From Haliotis cracherodii (lineage: Eukaryota), in contig NW_027266264.1 in NCBI RefSeq assembly GCF_022045235.1, forward strand, positions 35,898,001-35,962,000: a stretch of DNA of 64,000 nt, read 5' to 3'. A program made the translations under genes and the position numbers. The notes below the pieces were generated by a model. That model was not told the origin of the DNA. It searched no databases and worked only from the letters and a program-made list of their open reading frames with translations. Shown here in pieces: positions 63,501 through 64,000 of this stretch (positions are counted from its first letter, which is position 1; the number at the start of each line of letters is the position of its first letter).

Positions 63501-64000
63501 TATCAGATTGATCAGTAAAAATGAATCTCTATGAAATAGTTTACGAGGTAATTATTCGTGATTGTGAAGTGGGTGGAATTTTTGTGATCTGTGAAGAGGT
63601 GGTCTGAATTACCTGTGAACAGTTACTGGGCAGAAGCATTCCCTACTCTTTCTTGAGTGTCTGATTAACAATTACATGTACCTCAGGGTATGCATAACTT
63701 GCAGTCATAAGCTATTTACTTCTTAATAACTGGGAAAAAGTAGTGTTAAACCCAACTCACTTACTAATAACTGAAACATTATATGGGGGCATGAGGTCTG
63801 AGAAATTGTCAGACATTTTTGTGTGACATTGTGAAACAACATATGCAATGGCCTTCGTTATTCGATTGTTTTGTGTGGTTACGGGTTTGTGGAGAAAGGG
63901 TTGGTGGGGGTGCATATACAATGCTAGATAAATGCTAGATAATTTGATGATTGTGATATTTTTCTTTAGAACATGCTACCAAATGCTTCCAAAAGGAGGG

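Overview
AT-rich, intron-rich animal genomic DNA. The repeat families suggest a mollusc, but that is an inference. Host genes, reconstructed by hand from splice signals: the first coding exon of TTC37/SKIC3 (-), complete ZCCHC9 (+), complete SHC1-like adaptor (-), complete CKS1 (+) head-to-head with Shc, a complete ODF3/CIMAP1-like gene (-), and a candidate first coding exon of an unidentified + gene. Two retroelements have intact ORFs: an APE-RT LINE (48.7-52.4 kb, -) and a Ty3/Gypsy LTR element (54833-63196, +). The Gypsy element is the most unusual object. Its two 842-bp LTRs look identical and its 1.7-kaa Pol is open, but it has no gag. Its LTR ends are TATC...GATA rather than TG...CA, it has a CATG target duplication, and its Pol ends in tandem chromo-like domains. 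Also notable: a 13-copy tandem array of a ZCCHC9 3' splice site, an inverted pair of hAT-like MITEs with 5-bp TSDs, and a MITE family carrying a RecQ-helicase motif remnant. All alignments were done by eye; no searches were run.
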